Part shown: positions 56,104 to 64,000 of the stretch, piece by piece
Numbering within the stretch: position 1 is the first letter of the stretch
Layout of the letters: each line of letters opens with the position of its first letter
Source: Candidatus Methylomirabilota bacterium
GTDB lineage: Bacteria > Methylomirabilota > Methylomirabilia > Rokubacteriales > CSP1-6
Direction of reading: 5' to 3'
NCBI GenBank assembly: GCA_046726415.1
Contig: JBKPAK010000189.1
Coordinates: 11,453 to 75,452, forward strand
Length of the DNA: 64,000 nt
Translations under genes and position numbers: made by a program
The notes under the pieces: model-generated
The model's input: the letters and a program-made list of their open reading frames with translations, nothing else
Database searches by the model: none
What the model was told of the DNA's origin: nothing

Positions 56104-57446
56104 GCGCCCACCGCCTTGGCCAGTGCGGCCGCGAACCGGTCGATTTCCTCGCGCGTCCGCTTCTCGGTGACGGCGACGAGCAGGCAATCTTTCAGGCGTC
56201 GATCGAAGGCCTTCATCGGCACGCCCGCCAAAATGCGCTCCCGCATCAGCCGCGCCACCACTCGCTCGGGCGGCTTCGGCAGAGCGAGGGCGAATTCCTT
56301 GAAGAACGGGGCGCGAAAGCGGAGCGACACGCCCGCGATCTGGCTCAATCGCTCGGCCGCATAGTGGGCTTTGGCCGTCGACAGCTCTCCCACCTTCACC
56401 AGCCCCTGCTTGCCCAGGAGCGACAGGTAGATCGTGGCCATGAGCGCACACAGGGCCACGTTGGTGCAGATGTTGGACGTCGCTTTGGCCCGGCGGATGT
56501 GCTGCTCGCGGGTCTGGAGGGTCAGCACGAAGCCGCGCTCACCGTCGACGTCGACAGTGGCCCCCACCAACCGACCCGGCATGCGGCGCACGAGCTCCTG
56601 CTTGGCGGCGAAGACCCCGAGATAGGGCCCCCCGAACGACAGCGGCACGCCGAGGCCTTGGCCCTCGCCCACGTAGATGTCCGCGCCAAGCCGGCCTGGC
56701 GCCTCCAGGACTCCGAGATTGACGGGATCTGCGGACACCACCAGCAGGGCCCCGGCGGCGTGGGCGATCTCCGCCGCTGCCCGGATATCCTCGAGGCAGC
56801 CGTAGAAGTTTGGCGACTGCAGCACGAGGGCGGCGGTCTCGTGCCCGGCGAGCTTCCGCAACTGGTCGAGGTCCAGGGTACCGTTCGGCGCGGCGGCATC
56901 GCGCAGGCGCAGGCCGGGACCGGCGCAGTAGGTCGCGACGACGCGCCGGTGGAGCGGATGGACACCGCCCGCCAGCACGATCTCCGGCCGCGAGGTGACC
57001 GCGTGGGCCATCAGGGCCGCCTCGCCGAGCGATGACGCGCCGTCGTAGATCGACGCATTGGCCACGTCCATGCCGCTCAGCTCGGCGATCATCGACTGAT
57101 ATTCGAAGATCGTGCGCAGCGTCCCCTGGCTGGCCTCTGGCTGGTAGGGTGTGTAGGCGGTGAAGAACTCGCCGCGGGAGATCAGGTGATTGATGGGACT
57201 CGGAATGTGGTGATCGTAGGCGCCGGCCCCCAGGAACGAGGTGTAGGCGTCCGCGTCGGCGTTCTGCGCGGCCAGCTCGCGGAGGTGCTGCACGAGATCG
57301 CTCTCGGCGATCGCCGGGCCGATGCCCAGCGGTCGGGCCAGCCGCGCCTTGGGCGGGACGCCAACCAGCAGATCATCGAGGGAGCCGGCGCCGATGACGT
57401 CGAGCATCGCCCGCTGTTCGTCCCGAGTGTTGGGGATGTACCGCAT
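56100..57446 (-). CDS. gcvPA: Glycine dehydrogenase subunit 1
   Basis: Motifs [27 protein letters not shown] and [18 protein letters not shown]. Confidence 0.97.
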   Translation of the reverse strand: MRYIPNTRDEQRAMLDVIGAGSLDDLLVGVPPKARLARPLGIGPAIAESDLVQHLRELAAQNADADAYTSFLGAGAYDHHIPSPINHLISRGEFFTAYTPYQPEASQGTLRTIFEYQSMIAELSGMDVANASIYDGASSLGEAALMAHAVTSRPEIVLAGGVHPLHRRVVATYCAGPGLRLRDAAAPNGTLDLDQLRKLAGHETAALVLQSPNFYGCLEDIRAAAEIAHAAGALLVVSADPVNLGVLEAPGRLGADIYVGEGQGLGVPLSFGGPYLGVFAAKQELVRRMPGRLVGATVDVDGERGFVLTLQTREQHIRRAKATSNICTNVALCALMATIYLSLLGKQGLVKVGELSTAKAHYAAERLSQIAGVSLRFRAPFFKEFALALPKPPERVVARLMRERILAGVPMKAFDRRLKDCLLVAVTEKRTREEIDRFAAALAKAVGA

Positions 57447-57449
57447 GGG

Positions 57450-57842
57450 TTAGTGCCCGCCCTGCGCGATGATCGCCTCGTACTGGGCGGCCGTCAGCAG
57501 ATTCGCCCGCTCGGCCGGATCGGACGGCGCGATGACGATCATCCAACCCTGCCCGTACGGATCCTGGTTCACCAGCTCGGGGCGGTTCGGCAGCTCAGCG
57601 TTGACCTCTGCGATCTTCCCCGACAGCGGCGCGAAAAGATCAGACACGGCCTTGACGGACTCGACGACCCCGAAGCCCTTGTGCTGGGTGACGGTGCCTC
57701 CCACCTTGGGCAACTCGACGAACACGACGTCACCGAGCTGCTCCTGGGCATAGGCAGTAATGCCGATGCGAACGCGGTCGCCCTCGACCTTTGCCCACTC
57801 GTGCTCTTTGGTGTACATGAGGTCCGGAGGTACGTTGGCCAT
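57450..57842 (-). CDS. gcvH: Glycine cleavage H protein
   Basis: Motifs YTKEHEW, GITAYAQEQLGDVVFV, VESVKAVSD (lipoyl-Lys) and DPYGQGW. Confidence 0.97.
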   Translation of the reverse strand: MANVPPDLMYTKEHEWAKVEGDRVRIGITAYAQEQLGDVVFVELPKVGGTVTQHKGFGVVESVKAVSDLFAPLSGKIAEVNAELPNRPELVNQDPYGQGWMIVIAPSDPAERANLLTAAQYEAIIAQGGH

Positions 57843-57849
57843 AGGGTCT

Positions 57850-57855
57850 ATTGTA
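57850..57855 (-). promoter_or_regulatory. Internal -10 element, probable leaderless gcvH transcript
   Basis: Minus-strand TACAAT lies 7 nt before the gcvH ATG, with no SD sequence. Confidence 0.5.
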
Positions 57856-58068
57856 GCGACGGCGCGGCGCCTGGCTCGACCCGTGGGTGGCCTGCTCTCA
57901 ACGCGGCGAGCTGCCTACGCCCCACCGATTCATTCTCGATCATGATCTCTCCCTTGGGCGGACGCGAATCGCGCCTCGCCCGTCTCGCGCCCGTGGGTAC
58001 GGACCGCGTGGGCCCGCGCGAATCATCGATCCCAATGCTCTTGCGCGGGCGGAATGGCGCGTGCCGCG

Positions 58069-59205
58069 TCATCGCTTGACGCGGGGCGGATAGAATGGCG
58101 TGCGGACGACTCGCGCGCCCTTGACCTGGCCGCGGATTTCCACGCCCAGCTCCATCCCGACCGCCGCCTGGGCGGCCGGCACGTAAGCCATCGCGATGTA
58201 TTTGTCCACTGATGGGCCGTAGGAACCCGAGGTGACCACGCCGACGGCCGCGCCGTCCTTCATGACGGGATAGCCGTGGCGAGCCACCGCGCGCTCGGTC
58301 ATCTCCAAGCCCACGAGCTTGCGCGCCGGTCCCTCCGCCCGGACCCGTTCCAGCGCTGCGCGTCCGATGAACTCCCCTTTGGAAGGCTTCACAACCCATC
58401 CGAGACCGGCTTCGAGAGGGTTCGTGGTCTGATCGATGTCGTTGCCATAGAGGGCATACTTCATTTCGAGGCGAAGGGTGTCGCGGGCCCCCAGCCCCAC
58501 CATGGCGGCTCCGTCGGGCGCCCCCTCGGACATGAGCGCCGCCCACAGGCGCTCGGCGTCCTGCGCCGAGATGTACAACTCGAAGCCGTCTTCCCCGGTG
58601 TAGCCCGTCCTCGAGATGAGACCCGGCACGCCAGCCACGTGTCCGCGCCTGAAGCGGTAGTAGCCAATGCCGGCCACGTCGCAATCGGCGAGGCGGCCGA
58701 CGAGGGCCTCCGCGGAAGGGCCCTGCACGGCGATGAGCGCGGTCTCCGCCGAGATGTCGCGCCAGCGGGCGCCGCCCCCGTGTGTGGTCATCCACCCCCA
58801 GTCCGTCTCGATGTTGCTCGCGTTGACGGTCATCATGAAGCGGTTCGCGGCTAGGCGATAGACCGTCAGATCGTCGACGATGCCGCCGTCGGGCTGGCAG
58901 AGGACTGAGTATTGGACCTGTCCCTCGGCGAGGGCGGCGACGTCGTTCGTCGTGAGCATCTGAAGCGCCGCCAGCGCGTGGGGACCCTCGACTTCGAACT
59001 CGCCCATGTGGCTCACGTCGAAGAGCCCTACCGCCGCCCGCGTGGCGCGGTGCTCCTCGATGATGCCGGTGTACTGAACGGGCATGTCCCATCCCCCGAA
59101 GGGGACCATGCGCGCACCCGCTTTCACGTGCCTCGCATAAAGCGGTGTCCGCTTCAACACCGACTCCGTCACCGTGACGTGGGAGAGCCCGATATGACCT
59201 CCCAC
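58069..59205 (-). CDS. gcvT: Aminomethyltransferase (glycine cleavage T protein); start may be GTG 59172
   Basis: Motifs KRTPLY, FGGWDMPVQY, FDVSHMG, SRTGYTGEDGFE and GLGARDTLRLE. Confidence 0.97.
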   Translation of the reverse strand: MGGHIGLSHVTVTESVLKRTPLYARHVKAGARMVPFGGWDMPVQYTGIIEEHRATRAAVGLFDVSHMGEFEVEGPHALAALQMLTTNDVAALAEGQVQYSVLCQPDGGIVDDLTVYRLAANRFMMTVNASNIETDWGWMTTHGGGARWRDISAETALIAVQGPSAEALVGRLADCDVAGIGYYRFRRGHVAGVPGLISRTGYTGEDGFELYISAQDAERLWAALMSEGAPDGAAMVGLGARDTLRLEMKYALYGNDIDQTTNPLEAGLGWVVKPSKGEFIGRAALERVRAEGPARKLVGLEMTERAVARHGYPVMKDGAAVGVVTSGSYGPSVDKYIAMAYVPAAQAAVGMELGVEIRGQVKGARVVRTPFYPPRVKR

Positions 59206-59292
59206 ACCCCCCGCGCTCGGAGCGCCCGGGGGAGGCCATGGCGTTCAACGATTTCCCGAATGCCCCCCCGCCAACGCATCACGCCGGCCCTT

Positions 59293-60090
59293 TCAGGCGG
59301 CGGGCAACCAGTCGCGCAACGGTTTCACGCGGCAGCCGGCCTGCTCCAGCGCCTCGCGCACCGCTCGCACGATCTGCGGAGCCCCCGGGGTGTCACCGTG
59401 GCAGCAGATCGACTGCACCGCGATGTCGATCTCCACCCCGTCGATCGTGCGGACTTTGCCCTCCGTGGCCATGCGCACGGCCTGCTCGGCCGCCCGCTGC
59501 GGATCGGTGATGAGGGACCCCGGGATCTTGCGGGAAACGAGCCGGCACTCGACATCGTACGCGCGGTCGGCAAAGCCCTCGGAACAGACGCGCACGCCCA
59601 TCTTGCGACAGGTGCGGTCGTACTTGCCCGTGGCCATCGCCATGAGGATGAAGTTCTTCCCACCCGACTCCAGCACGGCTTCCCCCGCGGCCGCGGCGAG
59701 GGCCTCGTCGCGCTCCATCATGTTGTAGAGAATGCCGTGCGGTTTCATGTGCTGCAGCTCGCTGCCCTCCACACGGGCGAACTCCCGCAAAGCCCCCGTC
59801 TGGTAGCAGAGGTAGTCCTTCACCTCTTGCGGCGTCACATCCATGACCCTGCGCCCGAACCCCATGAGGTCGGGGAGCCCTGGATGGGATCCGATGGCCA
59901 CCCCGTGCTGGAGGGCCCGGGCCACGGTCTGGCGCATGACGTGAGGATCGCCACCGTGGTAGCCACAGGCCACGTTGGCCGAGGTGATGTACGGCATGAT
60001 TTCTGCGTCCGCGCCGAGTGTCCAGCGGCCGTAACTTTCGCCCATATCGCAGTTGAGGTCGATGAACTCGGTTTCCGCCATGGTCGTCAC
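59293..60090 (-). CDS. pxpA: 5-oxoprolinase subunit A (LamB/YcsF family)
   Basis: Motifs DLNCDMGESYG, SANVACGYHGGDP, GFGRR, KPHGILYN, EGFADRAY and CCHGD. Confidence 0.93.
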   Translation of the reverse strand: MTTMAETEFIDLNCDMGESYGRWTLGADAEIMPYITSANVACGYHGGDPHVMRQTVARALQHGVAIGSHPGLPDLMGFGRRVMDVTPQEVKDYLCYQTGALREFARVEGSELQHMKPHGILYNMMERDEALAAAAGEAVLESGGKNFILMAMATGKYDRTCRKMGVRVCSEGFADRAYDVECRLVSRKIPGSLITDPQRAAEQAVRMATEGKVRTIDGVEIDIAVQSICCHGDTPGAPQIVRAVREALEQAGCRVKPLRDWLPAA

Positions 60091-60093
60091 TCC

Positions 60094-61419
60094 TCAGAGA
60101 CGCGCCAGCACACGAGCCAGCGCGTTGATGAGCCGGTCGGTTTCGTCGTCGGTCATGGCCAGCGAGCATGCGCCCAACCCCCGCTGGGTGAGCACGATCC
60201 CCTCGTTGAGCAGTCCCACGAAGATCTGGGTCGAGAGGGTCGGGTCCTTCGGCCGCGTCGAGCGATAGTCGGTCAGCGGACTCGTGGTCCAGTGCAGCCA
60301 GAAGAGCGATCCGGCTCCCGTCACCTGTCCCTTGCGCCGCGTGGCCGTCAACAGCCGTGCGATGCCACTGCGCAGCCGATCGCCGAGCGCGTCCAGCCGA
60401 CCGTACGCCTCCGGGGTGAGGGCCTCGAGGGTGGCCAGTCCCGCGACCATGGTGAGCGGGTTGGCGTTGAACGTCCCGCCCTGGCTGATGCGCGGATTCC
60501 CACCGCGGGGATCGTAGTAGCTCATCACGTCGGCGCGGCCGCCGAAGGCCCCAACCGGAAGCCCGCCTCCGATGATCTTGCCCAAGGTCGTGAGATCGGG
60601 ACGAATTCCGAAGCGCTCCTGCGCCCCGCCCGGGGCGATCCGGAAGCTGATCACCTCGTCGAAGATCAGGAGGATGCCGAGCCGGTCGGTCACCGCCCTC
60701 AGCCGGGGCAGGAAGTCTTCGGCCGGCGGAATCATCCCGGCGTTGGCGAGCAGGGGATCGACGATGACGGCGGCCACGTTCGCGCCCTCGCGATCGAGGA
60801 TGGCTTGGCACGCCTCACCGTCATTCCAGGGGAGGACCACCACGTTCTTGAGGATGGCGGGGGGAAGGCCCGCCGACCACGGGACCGGCTTAGGATGGCG
60901 CCGGCCGCCGGCCGTTTTGGGATCGGGCGTGACGCTCACCATCACCCAGTCGTGCGTGCCATGAAAGGCGCCCTCGAACTTGGCGATCTTCGACCGCCCC
61001 GTGAAGGCGCGAGCCAGCCGCACGGCGTTCATGGTCGCTTCCGTTCCGGAGTTGGTGAAGCGCACGCGCTCCAATGACGGAATGCGCCGGGTGAGGGTCT
61101 CGGCCAGCTTGATCTCGTATTCCGTCGGCCCCGGGAAGGAGAGGCCGGCTTCCGCTGTCCGTTGGACGGCCTGTACGACGGTGGGCGGGGCGTGACCGAG
61201 AATCAGGCTCGTGTAGTTCCCGTTGAAATCGACGCGATCGTTGCCGTCGGCGTCCCAGACGTGGGCGCCGTGCCCGCGCTGGAGATAGAACGGGTACGGA
61301 TCGAAGAACGTGGTAGTGCGGCTGTTGCCGCCCGGCATGGCGAGAAGCGCCTCCTCGAACAGCGCGCGGGAGCGCGCCGTCTTGGCCACATATTCGTTGA
61401 CTTCCCGATCCATGCTCAT
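60094..61419 (-). CDS. Class III aminotransferase (GSA-aminomutase-like / beta-aminotransferase-like)
   Basis: Motifs MPGGNSR, RFTNSGTEA, KFEGAFHG, LIFDEVI, PDLTTLGKIIGGG and GTFNANP. Confidence 0.9.
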   Translation of the reverse strand: MSMDREVNEYVAKTARSRALFEEALLAMPGGNSRTTTFFDPYPFYLQRGHGAHVWDADGNDRVDFNGNYTSLILGHAPPTVVQAVQRTAEAGLSFPGPTEYEIKLAETLTRRIPSLERVRFTNSGTEATMNAVRLARAFTGRSKIAKFEGAFHGTHDWVMVSVTPDPKTAGGRRHPKPVPWSAGLPPAILKNVVVLPWNDGEACQAILDREGANVAAVIVDPLLANAGMIPPAEDFLPRLRAVTDRLGILLIFDEVISFRIAPGGAQERFGIRPDLTTLGKIIGGGLPVGAFGGRADVMSYYDPRGGNPRISQGGTFNANPLTMVAGLATLEALTPEAYGRLDALGDRLRSGIARLLTATRRKGQVTGAGSLFWLHWTTSPLTDYRSTRPKDPTLSTQIFVGLLNEGIVLTQRGLGACSLAMTDDETDRLINALARVLARL

Positions 61420-61436
61420 CGGAGCCTCCTCGTAGC

Positions 61437-62378
61437 CTAGACCAGAACGCGGGCGAGCGCCGCCTCCGCCTCACGCAGGATGGCGTGGGCTTCGATCACG
61501 GAGACGGCAGCGAAGCGCACGCGCTGGCCCGGCTTCACCTGCCCGAACCGATCGATGTCGAACGAGCAAATCGTGGCGACCTTGGGGTAGCCACCCGTCG
61601 ACTGACGGTCGACGAGCAGGGCGATGGGATGGCCATCTCCAGGTACCTGGATGCTGCCTAGGGCAATGCCGTCGGACAGGATGTCGTGCCCGTTCCGATG
61701 CTCGATGCGCGGGCCAGCCAGGCGCGCGCCCATGCGGTCCGACTGGGGGAGCATTGCGTAGGGGTGGCCGAGCAGCGCAGCAATGCCGGCATCCGTGAAT
61801 CGATGGGCCTGGGGACCCAGCACCACCCGCAAGGTCGGCTCCTCCTCGAAAACGACCGGCGGCCGCGTCACCGAGCGCACGACCGGCATGGGCGCGGGGC
61901 TCAGGCGCAGACAGTCCCCTTTGCGCAGGGCGCGCCCTTCCAACCCGCCGAGCCGGCCGCGCAGATACGTCGAGCGCGATCCCAGCACCACGGGAACGTC
62001 GATGCCACCCGCGAACGCGATGTAGCCGCGTACGCCCGCGCGGGCGGAACCCACGCGCACCACGTCGCCCGGCCGCACGGGAAGGGTCGTCCACAACGGC
62101 ACGTCGCGTCCGCTCAGCGACACCGGCATCTCGGCACCCGTCACCGCGATGGCCCCCGCCGCCGTCACTTCGAAGCGTGGCCCCATTACCGTGCACTCGA
62201 GACCGGCGCGGCCATCGGGGTTGCCGACGAGGCGGTTCGCCATGACGAACGACAGGCGGTCCACGGGGCCGGATGGAGGAATTCCCGAGCGAAGGTGTCC
62301 GGCCCGGCCGAGGTCCTGGATCGTCGTCTGGGGCCCCGGGTCCAGCACGGTGAAGCCGGCTCTGGCCACGTTCACCAA
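61437..62378 (-). CDS. pxpC: 5-oxoprolinase subunit C (AHS2 domain)
   Basis: Motifs TIQDLGR, ANRLVGN, LGSRST, SDRMG, GSIQVP and QSTGGYPK. Confidence 0.92.
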   Translation of the reverse strand: MVNVARAGFTVLDPGPQTTIQDLGRAGHLRSGIPPSGPVDRLSFVMANRLVGNPDGRAGLECTVMGPRFEVTAAGAIAVTGAEMPVSLSGRDVPLWTTLPVRPGDVVRVGSARAGVRGYIAFAGGIDVPVVLGSRSTYLRGRLGGLEGRALRKGDCLRLSPAPMPVVRSVTRPPVVFEEEPTLRVVLGPQAHRFTDAGIAALLGHPYAMLPQSDRMGARLAGPRIEHRNGHDILSDGIALGSIQVPGDGHPIALLVDRQSTGGYPKVATICSFDIDRFGQVKPGQRVRFAAVSVIEAHAILREAEAALARVLV

Positions 62379-63106
62379 ATCGTCGGCTCGTACGCGCGTC
62401 GAGCGACGTCGGCGGCGATGGCCTCGAACTCCACGCGATCGATGGGGCGAAAGCGCACCCGATCACCCGCCCGCAGCAGGATCGGCTCTGGTCCCTCCGG
62501 ATCGTAGAGCCGCAGCGGAGTGCGGCCGAGGATCCAGTAGCCTCCGGGACTCTCGACCGAGTAGATGCAGCATTGGATCCCCCCGATCCCCACACTTCCG
62601 GCGGGAACTTTCGTGCGTGGCGTCTCGAGGCGCGGCAGGTGCAGGCGCTCCGGCATGCCCGTCATGTACGGCAGTCCCGGCGTGAACCCGATGAAGTACA
62701 GGTGGTAGGTCGGCTGCGCGTGAAGGCCAACCACCTCTTCCCTCGACAGACCCAGCCGCCCCGCCGCCGCTTCCAGATCGAGTCCGAGCTCCGGATCGTA
62801 GCAGCACGGCAACTCGACGTGGCGCGCGGGCGGCAGCGCCATGCTCCCCGTCTGTGGACTCAGTTCTTCGATCGCCTCGACCAGGGCGTCGTATGCGGTC
62901 ACCAGGGGATCGTAGTAGACGAGAAGCGATCGGAAGGTCGGGACCATCTCCACCACGCCCGGCACTCCCTTCTGCTGGATGAGCAGCTCGAGAGCGCGGA
63001 CTCGCAAGTTGATCTCGACGGTGATCGCGTCCCCCAACTCCACGCACAGCGCGCGATCGCCAGCGGCAAAGATCGACGGACGCGCCGCCGTCGTGGGCGC
63101 GCTCAC
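62372..63106 (-). CDS. pxpB: 5-oxoprolinase subunit B (AHS1 domain)
   Basis: Motifs GDRAL, VPTFRSLLV, FIGFTPG, PRTKVPAGSVGIGG and SPGGYWILGRT. Confidence 0.92.
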   Translation of the reverse strand: MSAPTTAARPSIFAAGDRALCVELGDAITVEINLRVRALELLIQQKGVPGVVEMVPTFRSLLVYYDPLVTAYDALVEAIEELSPQTGSMALPPARHVELPCCYDPELGLDLEAAAGRLGLSREEVVGLHAQPTYHLYFIGFTPGLPYMTGMPERLHLPRLETPRTKVPAGSVGIGGIQCCIYSVESPGGYWILGRTPLRLYDPEGPEPILLRAGDRVRFRPIDRVEFEAIAADVARRAYEPTIW

Positions 63107-63891
63107 AGCGCGGCGAGCGCGGCGTTGGGGATATCAGTGATGAACATGTGCCCCGGGCTGTGGGTGATCATGAACGGGGGCCTCGAGGCCAGGGCGACGG
63201 CCTGGGGTGTCACCCCGCACGCCCAGAAGACGGGAATGTCATCCGGGGCGAAGGGCTGGGGATCTCCCCAGTCCGGGCGCGCGAGGTCTTTGATCCCGAT
63301 GGCCGCTGGATCGCCGACGTGGATCGGTGCTCCGTGCGCTCCCGGAAACCGGGCGCTGGCCGTGACCGCCTTGGCCAGCTGAGCCGCGGGGATGGGCCGC
63401 ATCGACACCACCATGGGACCGTGGAAAACACCGGCGGGTCGGCACGCGATCGAAGTCTGCCACATCGCCACGTTCTTTCCCGTCTCCACGTGCCAGAGGC
63501 GAATGCCGGCCTCCATGAGGGCCCACTCGAAGGTGAACGAACAGCCGAGGAGGAAGGCCACCAGATCGTCGCGCCAGTACGGCGTGGCGTCTGTGACTTC
63601 ATCGGCCAGTGCCCCGTCTTTGTAGATGCGATAGCGGGGGATGTCCGTCCGGAGGTCCGCGCCGACCGCCACCCCCGCGGGCTCCGGAGAGCCGACATCC
63701 GTCACCTCAATCAGCGGGCAGGGCCGCGGATTGCGCTGACAGAAGAGCAGGAAGTCGTAGGCGTGATCGCGCGGAAGCACGGCCAGGTTGGCCTGCACGT
63801 AGCCCTGGCCCAGGCCAGCGGTGGTTCCGGTGAGCGTTCCGCCTCGGATGTCTCGACGGATCTCGCGCGGGTGCCGCGTATCGATCGGCAT
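63103..63891 (-). CDS. DUF1445 putative hydro-lyase (YcsI / D-glutamate cyclase family)
   Basis: Motifs GYVQANL, FCQRNPRPCPL, DLRTD.PRY, GCSFTFE, MVVSMRP, FWACGVTPQ and THSPGHMFITD; GGAGG RBS. Confidence 0.93.
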   Translation of the reverse strand: MPIDTRHPREIRRDIRGGTLTGTTAGLGQGYVQANLAVLPRDHAYDFLLFCQRNPRPCPLIEVTDVGSPEPAGVAVGADLRTDIPRYRIYKDGALADEVTDATPYWRDDLVAFLLGCSFTFEWALMEAGIRLWHVETGKNVAMWQTSIACRPAGVFHGPMVVSMRPIPAAQLAKAVTASARFPGAHGAPIHVGDPAAIGIKDLARPDWGDPQPFAPDDIPVFWACGVTPQAVALASRPPFMITHSPGHMFITDIPNAALAAL

Positions 63892-63927
63892 GATGGTTCC
63901 TCCGAGTCTAGCGCAGCCGGCTATTGA

Positions 63928-64000
63928 GGTGGGGGGGCCAGTGATGGGCCCCCCCCCCCCCCCCCCCGCCGGGGGCCCCGGCCCCCCCGGGGGCCCCCCC
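63928..64000. other. G/C homopolymer tract at the window end (REP-like hairpin running into a probable assembly artefact)
   Basis: GGGGGGGCC-AGTGAT-GGGCCCCCCC followed by long C and G runs. Confidence 0.6.

Noticed and set aside
57848-58072. Small ORF (MTRHAPFRPRK...) between gcvT and gcvH
   Set aside because: It overlaps the gcvT stop, but it is Arg/Pro-rich with no recognisable motif, and the gap contains a likely gcvH promoter. Not supportable as a gene.
59206-59292. Glycine riboswitch upstream of gcvT
   Set aside because: The gap is short and I cannot find the conserved GGAGA / CCGAAG / CUCUCAGG elements; only GC-rich stems are present.
60094-61419. hemL
   Set aside because: HemL-specific N-terminal motifs are not present and the context is not tetrapyrrole synthesis.
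63940-64000. Biological G-quadruplex or poly-C regulatory tract
   Set aside because: Pure G/C runs at the sequence end are more simply explained by low-quality base calls after a GC hairpin.

Overview
High-GC bacterial chromosomal window in two parts. The gene set suggests a diderm cell; a Rokubacteria/Methylomirabilota-like lineage is my impression only. (1) About 1-20.3 kb is an accessory surface-glycan and surface-protein locus. It holds a Wzx flippase, GT2/GT4 glycosyltransferases, two GT-C-type membrane proteins (ArnT/PMT-like and YfhO), a methyltransferase and a 2OG-Fe(II) oxygenase. These are interleaved with decayed fragments: an IS110 remnant, a degenerate YfhO copy, and a collapsed duplicate of the 18.1-18.6 kb region. 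Three apparently secreted proteins share one Cys-containing C-terminal domain (PCRxxDT...ASTxNF...HxVIDVTGY). (2) About 20.3-64 kb is mostly intact core genome. It includes a CPA2 antiporter, an M20 hydrolase, a nitrosocyanin-like cupredoxin with a dihaem cytochrome c, thyX, a Tat-exported cyclase, the tol-pal operon, a GldAFG-like ABC system, pepA, the glycine-cleavage operon, and a pxpABC/DUF1445 cluster with an inserted class III aminotransferase. The top candidate for an undescribed system is a short AAA+ protein (47200-48135). It ends in the proteasome-docking motif GQYL, lacks the ARC/Mpa N-terminal domains, and has altered Walker A, sensor-1, pore-loop and arginine-finger residues. No rRNA, tRNA or CRISPR array was recognised. 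All calls come from reading motifs by eye; no searches were run.
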